The notes under the pieces are model-generated. The model saw only the letters and a list, made by a program, of their open reading frames with translations, did not search any database and had not been told where the DNA came from. From NCBI RefSeq assembly GCF_000011805.1, contig NC_006841.2: DNA of 32,000 bases, one strand, 5' to 3'. The position numbers and the translations under genes were made by a program. Positions 1-9,189 of this stretch are shown piece by piece. The stretch comes from Aliivibrio fischeri ES114 (lineage in GTDB: Bacteria > Pseudomonadota > Gammaproteobacteria > Enterobacterales > Vibrionaceae). Positions within the stretch are counted from its first letter, which is position 1. Every line of letters begins with the position of its first letter.

Positions 1-849
1 ATAAAGCTCAAATTCTTTATTCGGAATAGCATGAACTAATTTACTCAAAATATCGACTTCATCATTAATAGATTGCGCATAATTTTCTGAATAAAAATCA
101 ATAACTAAACCCAGTTTTTTCGCTTTGTAACAAGCAATATCTACTCGTTTAAGCATTTCATCCGCATTATCAATATCATTCGAGTAGATCACATTACCTA
201 TAATTGGCTGTAATATGAAATTTTTACCTTTCATTTTAATAGGTTGAATGAGTAGTTCATACACCTCTAAAGCAATATTGTTAATTTTGTCCTTATTCGT
301 TAAATTTCCAATAATTATAATTTCATTAGTATCGTAAAAAATAGACACATTCCTATCATTACGATGCTTCTTAACTAATAGGGATGCATAAGATAAAATG
401 CTATTAAATGTTTTATCCGATGAATACTCAATTAGTGTTCTATAATTTTGTATTTTAATCTTTGTTAAGTTAAATAAATCACCATTATTAATTTTATCTT
501 CAATAAGAGTTTTATATATTTTTACTTTATTAGTTATGACTTCTATTTCATCATTATTAGATACCGTTTTAGCTATCTTGTTTGTTATCAAAATAAAAAT
601 GAATGCTAATTGAGTGAAAAAAGTAACACTAATTAACATCGAGATATCTACATAGTCTTTTAGTCCCTTTTCTAAAAGCATATTTTCAATATATACAAAT
701 CCAATAAAATATATGAATAAAAGTATATAAGTTAATATTCTCTTTGATAGTTCATTATTCTTAACAAGATCATAAATTCCTTTAGATAACAAAACTAAAG
801 AAACAACATTAGCAAACAACAACAATTTTAAAATAACGCCATCATCCAT
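1..849 (-). CDS. Membrane-anchored degenerate-GGDEF / EAL-type c-di-GMP signalling protein; N-terminal 283 codons only, the 3' end runs off the left edge
   Basis: Absent from the supplied ORF track because it is open at position 1. My translation of the reverse strand from the ATG (rc of 847-849) stays in frame to position 1: MDDGVILKLLLFANVVSLVLL... It shows three hydrophobic helices, then a GGDEF-fold region whose signature is replaced (VSIFYDTNEIIIIG; RVDIACYKAKKLG), then the typical start of an EAL domain (AIPNKEFELY) at the window edge. There is an in-frame TGA five codons upstream of the ATG and a GAGG 10 nt upstream. Only 46 bp separate it from the stop of the upstream sigma-factor gene, with no hairpin between them. 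Confidence 0.65.
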   Translation of the reverse strand, partial: MDDGVILKLLLFANVVSLVLLSKGIYDLVKNNELSKRILTYILLFIYFIGFVYIENMLLEKGLKDYVDISMLISVTFFTQLAFIFILITNKIAKTVSNNDEIEVITNKVKIYKTLIEDKINNGDLFNLTKIKIQNYRTLIEYSSDKTFNSILSYASLLVKKHRNDRNVSIFYDTNEIIIIGNLTNKDKINNIALEVYELLIQPIKMKGKNFILQPIIGNVIYSNDIDNADEMLKRVDIACYKAKKLGLVIDFYSENYAQSINDEVDILSKLVHAIPNKEFELY

Positions 850-895
850 ATAAATACAACCTCAACATATCCATGACATTAAATATGAAACAATA

Positions 896-1780
896 TCAAC
901 CCAGTGCTATTTCTAAATCCAATTTGTTTTTCTTAAAAATAGTATTCAACTTAATGAGTGTTTCAGATTGTATTTGTCGAACTCTTTCTTTTGATAAATC
1001 CAGATCTTTACCTAAATCCTCTAATGTCTTAACTTTACATCCAAACAACCCATAGCGATTGATGATGATCTCTTTCTCTCTGTAATTTAAAGAATCAATC
1101 CAAGACGACAAATTCATTTCTAAGTTATTTTGAGATAAAGAACTATCAGGCTCTAATGCTTTATTATTTGATGAAAGTTCAAAAAACTTCGGAGACAACT
1201 CATCACTACATGCAGAATGGCAAGTCAGTTGGTTAGGTATCAAACTTATAATCTTACTTACTTTAATTTGTTCTTCTTCACAGTAAGTCGAAATGTCTCT
1301 AATAGAAGGTTCACGTTTTAATGATTTAGATAACTCACGAGCTGCTCTAAGGTAAGTATTTAGCTCTTTAGTTATATGGACAGGAAGACGAACAGTTCTA
1401 GAATGATTAAACAACGCACTTTCAATGGATTCTCGAATCCACCAAACAGCATAAGTTGAAAAGCGATACCCTAATTCGGGATTAAATTTATCAATTGCTT
1501 TGATTAATCCCAAATTACCTTCTTCAATAATGTCTAAAATTGCTAAATCAGTCTGGTTTCTTTTTCGATATTTATTCGCAACTTTAACAACAAGCCTCAG
1601 ATTTGATTCAATTAATGTATTCCTTGCTGAAACATCCCCTTTTTTATAAAGTCGACTATAGGCCAACTCCTCTTCTGCAGTAAGTAACTGATAGCGATTT
1701 ATTTCCTTTAAATATAAAGAATATGAATCGTTTAAACCCTGTTCTTCGCAGACTCTCATATCTAACTTTGCATAAGCCAT
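896..1780 (-). CDS. rpoQ: RpoS-like sigma-70 family sigma factor (294 aa)
   Basis: Collinear with RpoS regions 1.2-4.2: LLTAEEELAYSR, IESNLRLVVKVANKY, IEEGNLGLIKAIDKFNPELGYRFSTYAVWWIRESIE, TVRLPVHITKELNTYLR, KTLEDLGKDLDLSKERVRQIQSETL. It is shorter than RpoS at the N-terminus. The position, immediately left of a hybrid kinase/REC pair and upstream of syp, matches the V. fischeri rpoQ neighbourhood as I remember it. The symbol rests on that recollection, not on a search. Confidence 0.85.
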   Translation of the reverse strand: MAYAKLDMRVCEEQGLNDSYSLYLKEINRYQLLTAEEELAYSRLYKKGDVSARNTLIESNLRLVVKVANKYRKRNQTDLAILDIIEEGNLGLIKAIDKFNPELGYRFSTYAVWWIRESIESALFNHSRTVRLPVHITKELNTYLRAARELSKSLKREPSIRDISTYCEEEQIKVSKIISLIPNQLTCHSACSDELSPKFFELSSNNKALEPDSSLSQNNLEMNLSSWIDSLNYREKEIIINRYGLFGCKVKTLEDLGKDLDLSKERVRQIQSETLIKLNTIFKKNKLDLEIALG

Positions 1781-2229
1781 AACATATCCTTGTACCTAGC
1801 TGTTTTATATCTCTAGCTATTTTATATTTATTGTTATCAACTGTTTTTCAGTTGTAAATAAACTATGGTATAAAGACTAACAAGCGGCAATACCGTAAAT
1901 TAATTTTCATAAAAAAAAATAAAGATTTGTTATTAAGATCACAAGTAATTTAATTAAATTCTCACATATAAGACGACAATATATTGACACATAACTACTT
2001 ACAATATAGACAATAAAAATATGTCATAGGCCGCCACATTAAATAACATATTTATCAATATAATCTGTGATATATACACAAGGTTAGTTACACATTAAAA
2101 CAAACTCATAATTTATTTTTAAAACAACAAATTATCATTAAAAACAAAAGATAATTACTTGCTCTTACATTTTTATCCTATGCTTTACTTATAAGTTGGC
2201 ACTTAGGCCTTTATGAACAAGGATTGTTT

Positions 2230-4824
2230 ATGACGCTACTAGATCATTTTTCTATCAAATCAAGAGTTTTGGTCATTACTTTTGTTCCCTTAATTCTTAT
2301 CTCTCTTTTTTTTAGTAAAGAAACATATGATCACATTAAAAGTAACAATAACTTACACCGCATCAGCGCTAATCTTAAATTAAATCAATTGTTATTCTCA
2401 TATATAAACACCGTACACATGGTACGAATGAGTTTCCTTTCAGAAACAAACACATCATCAGAAAGTTTGGACTCTGACATTTTGATAAACCGTATGCTAT
2501 TAAAAACTATAAATATCGAATCTGCTAAGTTGCATAAAGAAATAAGCAAATTAGATAGCATAACAAAAAGAGAAAACAACACATTAGATACAATAATTCA
2601 AAAAAATGAATCACAGATCAACAGCCTCAATAATGTGTATAGACTTTTAATAAATAATATTTCTACCTCTAAATTTGAGTACATCAACCAAAAGCTAAAT
2701 TTGCTAAATCAACTAGAACTAATACACTATTGGGCTCTAAATGAGGATTGGTATACTCAACTATATTCTCATTTACCATCTCAAAAATTTGAAAAACAAA
2801 TAGATCGTTTTTATTACCAACAATACCTATATATCGCTGATTTAATTCAAACAGAAGAGCCAAACTCAGATTTTCAAGCATTAAAAACAGCATTTGATGC
2901 AAAACAATCATCTCAGACTGATACCAATAATTATCTCTTCCAGATAGAAAAAAATAGGAACACAGTATTATCCGAATTAGAACAAAAAGTTAAAAATAGA
3001 ATAAAAAACCACCAGCTTACTATTACCGGTTACAGTATCTTACTCATTTCCTTGTTTATACTCATTACAGGTATTGGTTTATCGCTATTGTCACGAATCC
3101 GTTCGTACTTAAAAATGGTATCTTTATCAATGAGTAATATTGAGAAAAACCATGATTACAGTATAAAACTATCCGAAAATGGAAAAGATGAACTCACTGT
3201 TTTTTCTAGTGAAATGAATACTCTCATTGCCAAACGACACCAAAATGAAAAAAAACTAATCAACGAGAAAGAAGAGGCTGAAAATGCCAATAAAGCGAAA
3301 ACAACTTTTTTAGCTAATATGTCACACGAAATAAGAACACCACTCAATGGTATTATTGGTATGTCTGGCGTTCTCGCGGAAACCAAACTTACCCCTATTC
3401 AACTTGATTATCTCAATACAATAGAAACCTCATCACAAACCTTGCTTGTTTTGATTAACGATATTCTTGATTTATCAAAGATCGAAGCTGGAAATTTTGC
3501 CATTTATTCTCAGCCAAGCAATGTACGTGAAGTGATCTTTGATACACTTTCAATCGACATTGCTAAAGCAACAGAAAAAAATCTCGACCTACATATTCAC
3601 ATATCACCTGACGTTCCAAATTTCTTAACTCTTGATGAGCATAGAGTTAAACAGATATTAATGAACTTAACATCTAATGCAATGAAGTTTACACATAAAG
3701 GCTTCATCTCTATATCAGTAAACTTTTCACATCGTGTCGAAAACGAAGGATATTTAACTATTGCGGTCAAAGATTCAGGCATAGGTATAAATACCAATGC
3801 AAAAGAAAATATACTTAACCCATTTATACAGGGCGATAGTTCCATTACTCGTCGTTTTGGAGGCACAGGGCTAGGATTAACAATAACCAACCAATTAATT
3901 GAGTTAATGGGAGGGACACTTGATATCGAATCAGAGCAAGAAAAAGGAAGCCGTTTTTCCTTCCGTATAAAAACCAATATTGTTAATAAAAAACTCCCAA
4001 TCCCAGAAAAACTTGAGAAATTAACAATAATATTAGTTGATGATAATTCTGGTTTATCACGATCCTTAACAGAAGAACTACATCGTTACCATATCAACAA
4101 TATCATCGTTAAAAAAGAAACGGATAAAATCACTATTTTTGATAGTAGCAAAGCCATTATCTTATATTGTGTAACAAGCTGTTTAGAGGAAAACTGCCGA
4201 GAAAAACTAATCAACATTCATAACAAAAATTTGAACACGCCTTTAATCCTCGTTCAAAAACATAAAAGTCGTATTACTACGCTTGATTCCATCATTGATG
4301 GATTAGTCACCTTCCCTATTTTAGGACATCGTTTTATCAAAACCTTGGAGAATTCATTAAGTATTCATCAAGAAAATCAAATATCTATTAATGATGTAAT
4401 GAATTCAACACCATTACATTCAAAATCACAAAATGGAAAAACGAGTTTAAACAAAGAACATATACTCATTGTTGAAGATAATTTGGTAAATCAAAAAGTT
4501 GCATCATTATTCCTTGGTAATTCAGGATACACTTTTGATATTGCGAACAATGGACAAGAAGCAGTAGAAAAATTCACAGATAGTGAAGCATACAATATTA
4601 TTTTGATGGATTGTATGATGCCAGTAAAAGATGGATTTACAGCAACTAAAGAGATCCGGAAAGTAGAAAAAAACCAAAAGCGCAAAAAAATACCGATCAT
4701 AGCTTTAACTGCCAGCATTCTAGATCAAGATATATCAAAATGCTATGAATCAGGAATGGATGACTTTATTGCAAAACCATTTAAAAAAGAAATTTTATTA
4801 GAAAAAATCATGACAATAAAATAA
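2230..4824 (+). CDS. Hybrid sensor histidine kinase (2 TM sensor region, HisKA, HATPase_c, pseudo-receiver, C-terminal REC; no HPt)
   Basis: The ORF track starts at TTG 2224. ATG 2230 is preferred because AAGGA at 2218-2222 lies 7 nt upstream. TM1 is near residues 14-30 and TM2 is [24 protein letters not shown]-box [16 protein letters not shown]-boxes KDSGIGIN and GGTGLGLTI. The middle REC-like segment ([11 protein letters not shown]...[10 protein letters not shown]) lacks the acceptor Asp. The terminal REC is intact (ILIVEDN...[13 protein letters not shown]...IALTAS...AKPF). The protein ends right after REC. Confidence 0.9.
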   Translation: MTLLDHFSIKSRVLVITFVPLILISLFFSKETYDHIKSNNNLHRISANLKLNQLLFSYINTVHMVRMSFLSETNTSSESLDSDILINRMLLKTINIESAKLHKEISKLDSITKRENNTLDTIIQKNESQINSLNNVYRLLINNISTSKFEYINQKLNLLNQLELIHYWALNEDWYTQLYSHLPSQKFEKQIDRFYYQQYLYIADLIQTEEPNSDFQALKTAFDAKQSSQTDTNNYLFQIEKNRNTVLSELEQKVKNRIKNHQLTITGYSILLISLFILITGIGLSLLSRIRSYLKMVSLSMSNIEKNHDYSIKLSENGKDELTVFSSEMNTLIAKRHQNEKKLINEKEEAENANKAKTTFLANMSHEIRTPLNGIIGMSGVLAETKLTPIQLDYLNTIETSSQTLLVLINDILDLSKIEAGNFAIYSQPSNVREVIFDTLSIDIAKATEKNLDLHIHISPDVPNFLTLDEHRVKQILMNLTSNAMKFTHKGFISISVNFSHRVENEGYLTIAVKDSGIGINTNAKENILNPFIQGDSSITRRFGGTGLGLTITNQLIELMGGTLDIESEQEKGSRFSFRIKTNIVNKKLPIPEKLEKLTIILVDDNSGLSRSLTEELHRYHINNIIVKKETDKITIFDSSKAIILYCVTSCLEENCREKLINIHNKNLNTPLILVQKHKSRITTLDSIIDGLVTFPILGHRFIKTLENSLSIHQENQISINDVMNSTPLHSKSQNGKTSLNKEHILIVEDNLVNQKVASLFLGNSGYTFDIANNGQEAVEKFTDSEAYNIILMDCMMPVKDGFTATKEIRKVEKNQKRKKIPIIALTASILDQDISKCYESGMDDFIAKPFKKEILLEKIMTIK

Positions 4825-4833
4825 GGACGATGC

Positions 4834-6552
4834 ATGACTTCGGTTTTTAATCCAACATCAAATAATTTTAAGCAGTCAAACTTTGATATTCTCATTGTCG
4901 ATGATTGTCAAATATCGTCCATGTATTTATTTCAGTTGATTAAACAGCTTGGTTTTACTCAGATAGATAAAGCGTATTCATATCAAGATGCTATAAAGTG
5001 CTGTGCAAAAAAAAGATACGCATTACTTTTCATCGACTTCCACCTTGAACAAGCCATTAACGGTTCTGAATTACATGATTTACTAAAAGAAAAAGGGTTT
5101 ATCTCTCCTTATACAAGAGTCATAACAGTATCAGGCGACAACACAACACAAACCGTCCTTGGAACTCTCTCAAAAGGTCGAGGTGATTATTTATGTAAAC
5201 CAATAAGTAAAGCGACACTCAAAAATAAAGTACAAAATGCTTTTTCAGAGTACTCGTTATTTAAAAAACTCTATACCCTTTTAGAACAACATAGATATGA
5301 AGAGTTGATATCTAAAACGATATCAATCGCATCTCATAAAAATATTGTTGAACTTGACATGTTTCTTATCGATTTTTTATTTAAACACGATAAGGAGCTA
5401 TTATTGAAACTTACTCAAACCTCCTCATTTAATAGCAGAAAAAATTATATTCTTGCTCGTCTAAAAGTTCAAAATGAGATTAAATCAGTTACTTCTGATA
5501 ATCTAATACATACAACAACACAACTATGTGAGAAATACCCACTATTCGTTCAAGCATTTGATTTTTTAAGCTTATTACAAATGAATGCTCAACATTATGA
5601 AGAGTCATTAAACACGGCATTAAATGCTCTTACCCTAACAGCAAGAGATCCACATCGTTCATTATTAGTGCTAAAACTATCTTTAATATGTAATGACAAA
5701 TGTGAATTTCTAAAAGCAAGTCACCTACTAGCAAACCATTTACCAATTGCTTCTCCTAGTTGGTGTTCGTACCTATCTGAATGTTTGAGTTATTTTGATA
5801 GCTACATCCAACAAACCACATCAGAAGTAGACAAAAAGCAGCTGATTTTAGAACAAAAAAATTTCGTGCGTCGTTGCGAATATCGTTTAACAGACAAACA
5901 GAAAGCGCAGTTAAATATTTTATACAATTATTCAATAAGTAAACGTTTAATTGAAGAAGGGCATATATCAAAAGCGAAAAGACTGATCTTAAAAGCCACC
6001 ACTTCTTTTTATGATAACCTGCACCAACTCAATACGATTGTTTTGATCGAGTTAGTGTACCTACTTTCCTTTCTTGGTGAAATTTGGCTTATGGTTAAAG
6101 TCAATGCTGTATTAAAAACAAAAACAAATTTAGATAATTATTGCAGAGATTGTCTTAACGTATTAAAGAATGATGCGGAGTTAATTCAATCTATAGCCGA
6201 ATTATCCGTTACAATTGAAAAACTATCAGGACCTGAAATTGAACAACCAACACTAACTCAACTTTCAAACGAATTGCAACGTCACCCCTATTCTTCTGAA
6301 TTGTGTATTAGTTTTTTAGAACAAATTATCAAATTAAGCCAAGATCTTCCTAATAATTTAAACAAAACAATAGATTTAATTAACGAAATGCCACTTTCAT
6401 TAGAACTAAATCTACGTCGAGATGCGATATTAAAACAGTTACATGCTCATATAGATATTGATAATGAATTACCATCTCACGAATCTAACTCTTCTTTGAT
6501 ATTGAACACTCCTTTATTTGTTGCAGATAAAAAACTCAAACAACTAACTTAA
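4834..6552 (+). CDS. Response-regulator receiver protein with a ~440-aa alpha-helical (TPR-like) C-terminal domain of unknown function
   Basis: It starts 9 nt after the kinase stop. The REC signature residues are present (ILIVDDCQ, LLFIDFHLEQ, ITVSGD, YLCKPIS). The rest has no HTH, GGDEF/EAL, CheB/CheR or other motif I recognise. It is leucine-rich and predicted helical. Confidence 0.8.
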   Translation: MTSVFNPTSNNFKQSNFDILIVDDCQISSMYLFQLIKQLGFTQIDKAYSYQDAIKCCAKKRYALLFIDFHLEQAINGSELHDLLKEKGFISPYTRVITVSGDNTTQTVLGTLSKGRGDYLCKPISKATLKNKVQNAFSEYSLFKKLYTLLEQHRYEELISKTISIASHKNIVELDMFLIDFLFKHDKELLLKLTQTSSFNSRKNYILARLKVQNEIKSVTSDNLIHTTTQLCEKYPLFVQAFDFLSLLQMNAQHYEESLNTALNALTLTARDPHRSLLVLKLSLICNDKCEFLKASHLLANHLPIASPSWCSYLSECLSYFDSYIQQTTSEVDKKQLILEQKNFVRRCEYRLTDKQKAQLNILYNYSISKRLIEEGHISKAKRLILKATTSFYDNLHQLNTIVLIELVYLLSFLGEIWLMVKVNAVLKTKTNLDNYCRDCLNVLKNDAELIQSIAELSVTIEKLSGPEIEQPTLTQLSNELQRHPYSSELCISFLEQIIKLSQDLPNNLNKTIDLINEMPLSLELNLRRDAILKQLHAHIDIDNELPSHESNSSLILNTPLFVADKKLKQLT

Positions 6553-6582
6553 AAAAAAGCCACGTAGTACTACGTGGCTTCT
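6551..6582. terminator. Rho-independent terminator between convergent operons (strongest for the - strand)
   Basis: Perfect 22-nt palindrome AGCCACGTAGTACTACGTGGCT (6558-6579), preceded on + by an A8 run (6551-6558). This gives a hairpin plus U8 tract when read on the - strand, 30 nt after the lipoprotein stop. On the + strand the trailing tract (TTCTAAGTT) is weak. Confidence 0.8.
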
Positions 6583-6608
6583 AAGTTACTCACATGTATT
6601 ATTTTAAG

Positions 6609-7061
6609 TTAATACCATTCCCATTGAGTGCCATCTACAACAAACTTTTTCTGTTGCGGGTCGCTGCCATCGTATAACCAAATCTCAACAACACTTTCCT
6701 CTAAACTATTAGCAATTGCAAACTCAATATCAACGGCACCATTTGCTAACGGTACATCTATAATTTTACTACCATAATCAACACGGTACTCACCTTCATC
6801 TTTCTCACTAAAATTAGAATAAACAGATAAATGCGCACGAGCAGGCAAACTACCACTCAAATCGACAATTAAGCGTTGTTCCTCTATAGGATTAAATGAA
6901 AAACCTTCAGGTGCAACCAAATCTTGTGTTTTTACAGACTCAGGCTCTTCGGCTACCGTAGGAGCTGTTCCGCCAGATGAGAAACCTCCACTATCACTAC
7001 ATGAAACTATTAAAAACAGCGATGCTAACGATGTCATTGATATCATAATAACTTTTTTCAT
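6609..7061 (-). CDS. Small lipoprotein of unknown function (150 aa)
   Basis: The 174-aa track ORF overlaps the upstream gene. The internal ATG at 7061 has GGGAG 5 nt upstream and gives MKKVIMISMTSLASLFLIVS-C-SDSGG, a classic lipobox. The remainder is beta-rich with no recognisable catalytic motif. It starts 13 nt after the stop of the 704-aa gene, so co-transcription is likely. Confidence 0.75.
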   Translation of the reverse strand: MKKVIMISMTSLASLFLIVSCSDSGGFSSGGTAPTVAEEPESVKTQDLVAPEGFSFNPIEEQRLIVDLSGSLPARAHLSVYSNFSEKDEGEYRVDYGSKIIDVPLANGAVDIEFAIANSLEESVVEIWLYDGSDPQQKKFVVDGTQWEWY

Positions 7062-7074
7062 AATAACTCCCTTT

Positions 7075-9189
7075 TTAATAGTATTTGTTCGCAATTGCAT
7101 TAGTGATGTCATACCAATCAGTATGAGTTCCACCGCCTGACGTCGTATAGTCTGCGAATTGAGGATATGCCACAGCTAAATCAACACGCTCTCTTGGCCA
7201 TTTCCACTCATCATAAATAAGCAGAGCCCAAGGCATATTATTACTGGTTTTAAAATAACGAGACGTATTAGGATCACTGGTATCTTCGGCTAACTGATAA
7301 AAATTAGTATCAAATTTCTCAGTCGGAGCTTGATCAGCTAAATGAACCTCGTAGCTTCGTCCTGGTGCTTGAGCAAAACTTGGACCATGATAAAAGCCAG
7401 GAGTCGCATATAAGAATGGGTCATAAGGCATTGCAGGCATACTACCTGTTGTAACTGGAGTAATTAGGCTAAAGTTCAATTCAAACTCAACGCCGACATC
7501 TTCTCGACAATCATCCAACGTTCTAAAGAAATAACAGTTATAACTTGAAACTTCAATTGCATCATTAATCACAATAAAGCTTGCTTCTGTCATTCCTGAT
7601 TCTTGAGCATTACCATCTTGCAATGCTGAATTGTAATATAAGCGAGTCTTATCTGAATCGATATTAGTTGCATCAATTCCGGCTAATCGTACAGCAAAAC
7701 CACTGTGATAACTTGCACCAACGGCAACTAACTGACCACTAATACTCACTTTGGCAACATCGCCATCTTTTAATGTTTCAGTGATTCGATATCTCAAAAC
7801 CATATCATTCATATCGTAATCAGCAGTTTCTGGCCAATTATCCTCATAAGCAATTGTTACGTAACCATCTGCTGATGGGAAATGACGTTGTGATGTATTT
7901 GCATCAACGATAGTAACAACATGATCCTCCACTTCACCTGAAGTTGAACCACCATAATAAGCTAATCCAGTTTGTTGACTGAAACGGAATCTTGACCAAG
8001 TTTCACCAACCGTAGCGCCAAATGGCACACTGATAACTAAATTATTACTACCAGCTACCAGAGTTTTATCTGTAATAACTTGTTCACCATCATCAGAAAA
8101 ATCACCATCATCGTTCCAATCAAACCAAGCAGATAAATAACCTGTTGTAGAGGCGTTCACTGTAATAACAGAATCAAGTCCCGGTTCTATAGCCGTAACA
8201 AACCCCACACCATCTTCATCATCACTGGTAATTGAATCATCTGAATCTGGAGATTGCGCTGCATAATAATCACCATCAACTGAAGCACCTAGCCATGTGA
8301 CTCCATCCATTTCATGACGAGCACCATTAGCAGCTAATGTTGTTCCATAGTTAGTATCTGGAGCATCACCAAAATCTATCGTAGCTGGTTCATCTGTATC
8401 AATAAGAGGTGCATTAGCACAACGGGCACCATCATTTTGATTAGAATAAGGACCATCAGCAAACTTGATTGCAGGTACAACACCTGAATCAATGATCGCT
8501 TGAGTAGATAAATTCACTCGATAAATTTGACCGTCTTGGTTACGTGATAAATATAAATAACCATCAACATCAAAATACATAGCACCAAAGGTACCTAATT
8601 CACCAGTATCACCAATATAAGTCGCAGCGCCTGTATTGATATCAAATTCATATAATCCACCACTACCATTATCTACCCCATATAAACGACTGTTACTTGG
8701 GTGAAAAGCAAAATCCGTTAATGACACAGACGCAGTTGAAGTAATTAACTGCGCCGTTAGAGTGGAGTTCACATTCGAATCTAAAGGAGATAAATCGATC
8801 TTATATAGACCCGTTCCACTACGATATACATAGTAATGGTGGTCATATACATCACCGACATAAAATGTTTTATCCGAAGGTAACCCATTTACATTTAACG
8901 TCGTTGCTTGAAAGTTTTGCCCTAACCGAACCACGTTATAATTCGTCGTATCAAAACCATAAATATATCGGTCAGTCTCATTAAAACCAACCCCATTTAT
9001 ATTAGAAGATAATCCCGTATCATCTTGCAAAAGACTATTAGTCCCGGTAACTAAATTAATACCATAGACAGACACAGGTTTACCTTGAAATAAATACGCC
9101 TTACTTGGACACGAATCAAAAGCAACAGCAAACACTTTTGAGCTGACTAATAAAAGTATTAGCATTGTTATCTTAAAAAATTGATACAT
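7075..9189 (-). CDS. Secreted multidomain protein: N-terminal beta-propeller-like (DUF6923-type) region, central GEVED domain, C-terminal LruC/DUF4842 domain (704 aa)
   Basis: Signal peptide MYQFFKITMLILLLVSSKVFA/VAF. Repeated blade-like motifs (VYGINLVTG, IYGFDTTN, LYKIDL, LYGVDNGSGGLYEFDINTG, IYRVNL). GEVED pattern DFGDAP..YGT..ARH...WLG...DDEDGV...WFDWNDDGDF...WSRFRFS...SGEVEDH. LruC-type motif YEDNWPETADYDMNDMVLRY. AAGGAAG RBS upstream of the ATG. Confidence 0.8.
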   Translation of the reverse strand: MYQFFKITMLILLLVSSKVFAVAFDSCPSKAYLFQGKPVSVYGINLVTGTNSLLQDDTGLSSNINGVGFNETDRYIYGFDTTNYNVVRLGQNFQATTLNVNGLPSDKTFYVGDVYDHHYYVYRSGTGLYKIDLSPLDSNVNSTLTAQLITSTASVSLTDFAFHPSNSRLYGVDNGSGGLYEFDINTGAATYIGDTGELGTFGAMYFDVDGYLYLSRNQDGQIYRVNLSTQAIIDSGVVPAIKFADGPYSNQNDGARCANAPLIDTDEPATIDFGDAPDTNYGTTLAANGARHEMDGVTWLGASVDGDYYAAQSPDSDDSITSDDEDGVGFVTAIEPGLDSVITVNASTTGYLSAWFDWNDDGDFSDDGEQVITDKTLVAGSNNLVISVPFGATVGETWSRFRFSQQTGLAYYGGSTSGEVEDHVVTIVDANTSQRHFPSADGYVTIAYEDNWPETADYDMNDMVLRYRITETLKDGDVAKVSISGQLVAVGASYHSGFAVRLAGIDATNIDSDKTRLYYNSALQDGNAQESGMTEASFIVINDAIEVSSYNCYFFRTLDDCREDVGVEFELNFSLITPVTTGSMPAMPYDPFLYATPGFYHGPSFAQAPGRSYEVHLADQAPTEKFDTNFYQLAEDTSDPNTSRYFKTSNNMPWALLIYDEWKWPRERVDLAVAYPQFADYTTSGGGTHTDWYDITNAIANKYY

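Noticed and set aside
873-1055. 60-aa + strand ORF at the 3' end of the sigma-factor gene
   Set aside because: It lies almost entirely antisense to the conserved region 4 of the sigma factor and has no RBS or recognisable features.
2197-2212. TGGCAC 28 bp upstream of the hybrid-kinase start, resembling a sigma54 -24 element
   Set aside because: The -12 position reads CCTTT (TGGCACttaggCCTTT) with no GC or TG at the required spacing. No TTCTCA/TGAGAA enhancer lies upstream. It also sits too close to the ATG and RBS, so it is probably a chance hexamer.
3597-3977. 126-aa antisense ORF inside the hybrid kinase. Similar antisense or alternate-frame ORFs occur at 28586-28942, 12679-12957, 30930-31220, 21620-21853, 24738-24974 and elsewhere.
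   Set aside because: All are embedded in strongly supported genes with recognisable domains. Their translations are low-complexity mirror images with no motifs or RBS, as expected from chance in long ORF-dense regions.
7062-7133. 5' extension of the lipoprotein ORF (174-aa version) overlapping the 704-aa gene by 59 nt
   Set aside because: The internal ATG at 7061 has a GGGAG RBS and yields a textbook lipoprotein signal peptide. The extension would bury the signal peptide behind 24 extra residues.
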